From an uncultured bacterium (GTDB taxonomy: Bacteria > Armatimonadota > UBA5829): DNA of 64,000 bases. The stretch spans positions 165,888 to 229,887 of the forward strand of contig CAZBSI010000003.1 of assembly GCA_964494345.1 (NCBI GenBank). The letters run 5' to 3'. A program made the translations under genes and the position numbers. Below the pieces are notes generated by a model. The model was given only the letters and a program-made list of their open reading frames with translations. It searched no databases and was not told where the DNA came from. Each line of letters opens with the position of its first letter. Positions within the stretch are counted from its first letter, which is position 1. Shown piece after piece: positions 62,066 to 64,000 of this stretch.

Positions 62066-62521
62066 TTATGATATTTTCGTGCTGGCATCGAGAATAGCGT
62101 TAAGAGAGTCTACGATAGAGTCCCGTTGCTGTCCGCTCAAAAGATTCATAGCTTCCATTGTGCGCAATATTCTGCGTTCGCGCCGACCCTCCAGCACCGC
62201 AAGTCCTTTTGCAGTAAGCGCGAGTCTCTTGCACCGTCTGTCGTCCGCTTCCGGGACACGTTCCACCATTTCCGCGCGTTCGAGCCTGTCAGCGATCTGA
62301 GTAATGGCGCTGTGGGTGATTCCCAGTTCCTCGGCCAGAGTCGACATCGTCTTCGGCCCATCCCAGAGCAGCCCGCAGACACGCAGTTGCGCCCCCGGCA
62401 GTTCCATCGCTATGTCGTCGGCGGTCAACGCAAACAGATGTCGCATCAAAGCCGACAGCGCAGAAACTACCTCTTCGCTTTTTTCACGCAGAGTCGAATT
62501 GATGCGAGAGTTATCGTCCAT
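62066..62521 (-). CDS. MarR-family transcriptional regulator
   Basis: A 151-aa protein with a winged HTH (TMSTLAEELGITHSAITQIADRLERAEMVER). Its start overlaps the RND stop. Confidence 0.75.
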   Translation of the reverse strand: MDDNSRINSTLREKSEEVVSALSALMRHLFALTADDIAMELPGAQLRVCGLLWDGPKTMSTLAEELGITHSAITQIADRLERAEMVERVPEADDRRCKRLALTAKGLAVLEGRRERRILRTMEAMNLLSGQQRDSIVDSLNAILDASTKIS

Positions 62522-64000
62522 TATTTCGGCTCCTTGCGTTTTCGTTGAAAAAGCATAGCGATGTCGTCGAATACCGTATATACCGCCGGCACCACGAACA
62601 GTGTCAGGAACGTGGATGAGATAAGCCCACCGATAACAGCAGTCGCCATCGGCGCCTGGATCTCCGAACCTTTACCAAGAGCCAAAGCCAACGGCAGCAT
62701 ACCGAACACCGCAGCCGAGGCTGTCATTAAAATCGGCCTCAATCGGGTCGGCCCAGCGGTCAACAGCGCTTCGTTTCTCTGCAACCCGCGACGTCTGAGC
62801 TGGTTTGTGTAATCTACGAGCAGAATTCCGTTTTTAACGACGATTCCGACTAGCATCAAGACCCCAATAAAGGCAGTTAGCCCAAATGTCCTCCCCGTCA
62901 GGAACAGACCTAAAATCACGCCCGTAGCAGCCAAAGGCACGGAAAATAAGATCGTCAGGGGGTGAATCAACGACTCAAACTGGCTTGCCAGCAGCATATA
63001 AATCAGAGCGATAGCCAACAGAACCGCGACGCCCATGCCGCCGAATTCCTCAGCCTGGCGTTTCTGGGTGGCGCCCCAGTCCCAATAGAAACCGGACGGC
63101 ATTTTGATGCTATCCATCACTTTTTGCACATCGGCCTGAATCTCGCTGGCGGCTCTGCCCTGCGGCATACCCATAATAGCGACGTATCTTCTGCGATCCA
63201 TCCGGTCGATCTGGCTCGGGCCGTATCCGTAGGTCGGCTGTGCGACCTGGTTCAAAAGCACGTCTTTATATCCATTTTCCGGAGTGCCTGTGCGCACAAC
63301 GAGGTTCCCCATCGCGTTGACTGTCTTACGCTGCGATTCCGGCATCTGGACGATAATGGGATATTGGAAACCGTGCTCCTGATAGTAAGTGGAGATGGAG
63401 CCGTTGGTGGCAGTGCCTATCACACTCGCCACATCCGAGAAGCTGATGCCCAACTGCTGCGCTTTCTCTCGATCCACAACCCACTGCACCTCAGGCATAG
63501 CCTCCTCCCAGCCGACGTCGACGTTCTCAAGTCCGGGGATGCCTCGCAGGTTCATCATAACTTCTTTTGACAGCCTGGAGAGCTCGGTCAGGTCATCGCC
63601 GAATATATCAACTTCCATGTTCGTGCCGCCACCGGTCATCATCTGAGAGACGATGTCGCGCTGTGTCGGCCTTGCGTTGACACCCGGCAGAGACATCAAC
63701 TGCCGCCGCAGGTCGTTCATAACCTCCTGCGTGGATTGATCTCTTTTCTCTTTCAATTTGACAGTCAGAGAGCCTTGATATGGCGTGCGGGAGAACTGCC
63801 CCCTGCCCGTTCCAGCGGAGGAAAATACCGTCATAACGTTTGGGTTTAACAGAACGATCTTCTCGATTTTGCTGATGGCTTCGTTGGTATTAGAGAGCGC
63901 AGTGCCGACAGGGAGTTTGACACTGACATTGAAGTCGCCACTGTCCGACTGCGGCATCATCTCTTTGCCGATAAGCGGGAAGAGTATGAAACTGCCGGCG
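62521..64000 (-). CDS. RND efflux transporter permease, C-terminal portion (the gene continues beyond the window end)
   Basis: Shows a C-terminal AcrB-like periplasmic subdomain and TM7-12 (FGGMGVAVLLAIALIYMLLASQFES, VPLAATGVILGLF). No start codon lies inside the window. Confidence 0.8.
   Translation of the reverse strand, partial: AGSFILFPLIGKEMMPQSDSGDFNVSVKLPVGTALSNTNEAISKIEKIVLLNPNVMTVFSSAGTGRGQFSRTPYQGSLTVKLKEKRDQSTQEVMNDLRRQLMSLPGVNARPTQRDIVSQMMTGGGTNMEVDIFGDDLTELSRLSKEVMMNLRGIPGLENVDVGWEEAMPEVQWVVDREKAQQLGISFSDVASVIGTATNGSISTYYQEHGFQYPIIVQMPESQRKTVNAMGNLVVRTGTPENGYKDVLLNQVAQPTYGYGPSQIDRMDRRRYVAIMGMPQGRAASEIQADVQKVMDSIKMPSGFYWDWGATQKRQAEEFGGMGVAVLLAIALIYMLLASQFESLIHPLTILFSVPLAATGVILGLFLTGRTFGLTAFIGVLMLVGIVVKNGILLVDYTNQLRRRGLQRNEALLTAGPTRLRPILMTASAAVFGMLPLALALGKGSEIQAPMATAVIGGLISSTFLTLFVVPAVYTVFDDIAMLFQRKRKEPK

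Overview
This 64-kb window is from a diderm (Gram-negative-type) bacterium with roughly 55-60% GC.

Positions 1-14.7 kb carry a complete minus-strand division/cell-wall (dcw) cluster, ordered along the minus strand from 14.6 kb down to the window start: mraZ, rsmH, ftsL, ftsI, murE, murF, mraY, murD, ftsW, murG, a fused murC-murB gene, and ddl (truncated by the window start).

Positions 15.3-22.5 kb hold a plus-strand operon: a CsoR/CstR-family repressor, an FmdB zinc ribbon, a thioredoxin, a TolC-like outer-membrane factor, a DUF2892 membrane peptide, a membrane fusion protein (MFP) and an AcrB-type RND pump.

Positions 22.6-27 kb encode a Yip1/TPR membrane protein and two tandem secreted M48 zinc-metallopeptidases.

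Positions 27-32 kb contain lacZ (GH2) and a PEP carboxykinase, separated by a tandem hairpin-containing repeat.

The most striking region is 32.3-44.8 kb. It holds two paralogous, about 2000-aa secreted repeat proteins:
- One has a PA14-type N-terminal part and 12 repeats of an ~82-aa cysteine-containing module.
- The other has a LamG-type N-terminal part and 9 repeats.
- Both share a near-identical ~165-aa C-terminal domain, near-identical intrinsic terminators and a conserved promoter motif.
- The pair, together with the upstream pck gene, is flanked by two copies of a terminator hairpin that differ only by compensatory substitutions.

The remainder contains:
- exonuclease III, a flavodiiron protein, rubrerythrin and a C39-like peptidase in one minus-strand array
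- an XRE-HTH/metallo-beta-lactamase fusion
- tRNA-Leu(GAG)
- an orphan ANTAR response regulator
- two tandem phosphoribosyltransferase paralogs
- Lon, Hsp20, a GH94 phosphorylase, a BON protein, a methyltransferase and a GNAT
- a second MarR-controlled RND/TolC efflux locus that runs off the window end

All calls are made from reading the supplied translations and sequence. No database searches were run.
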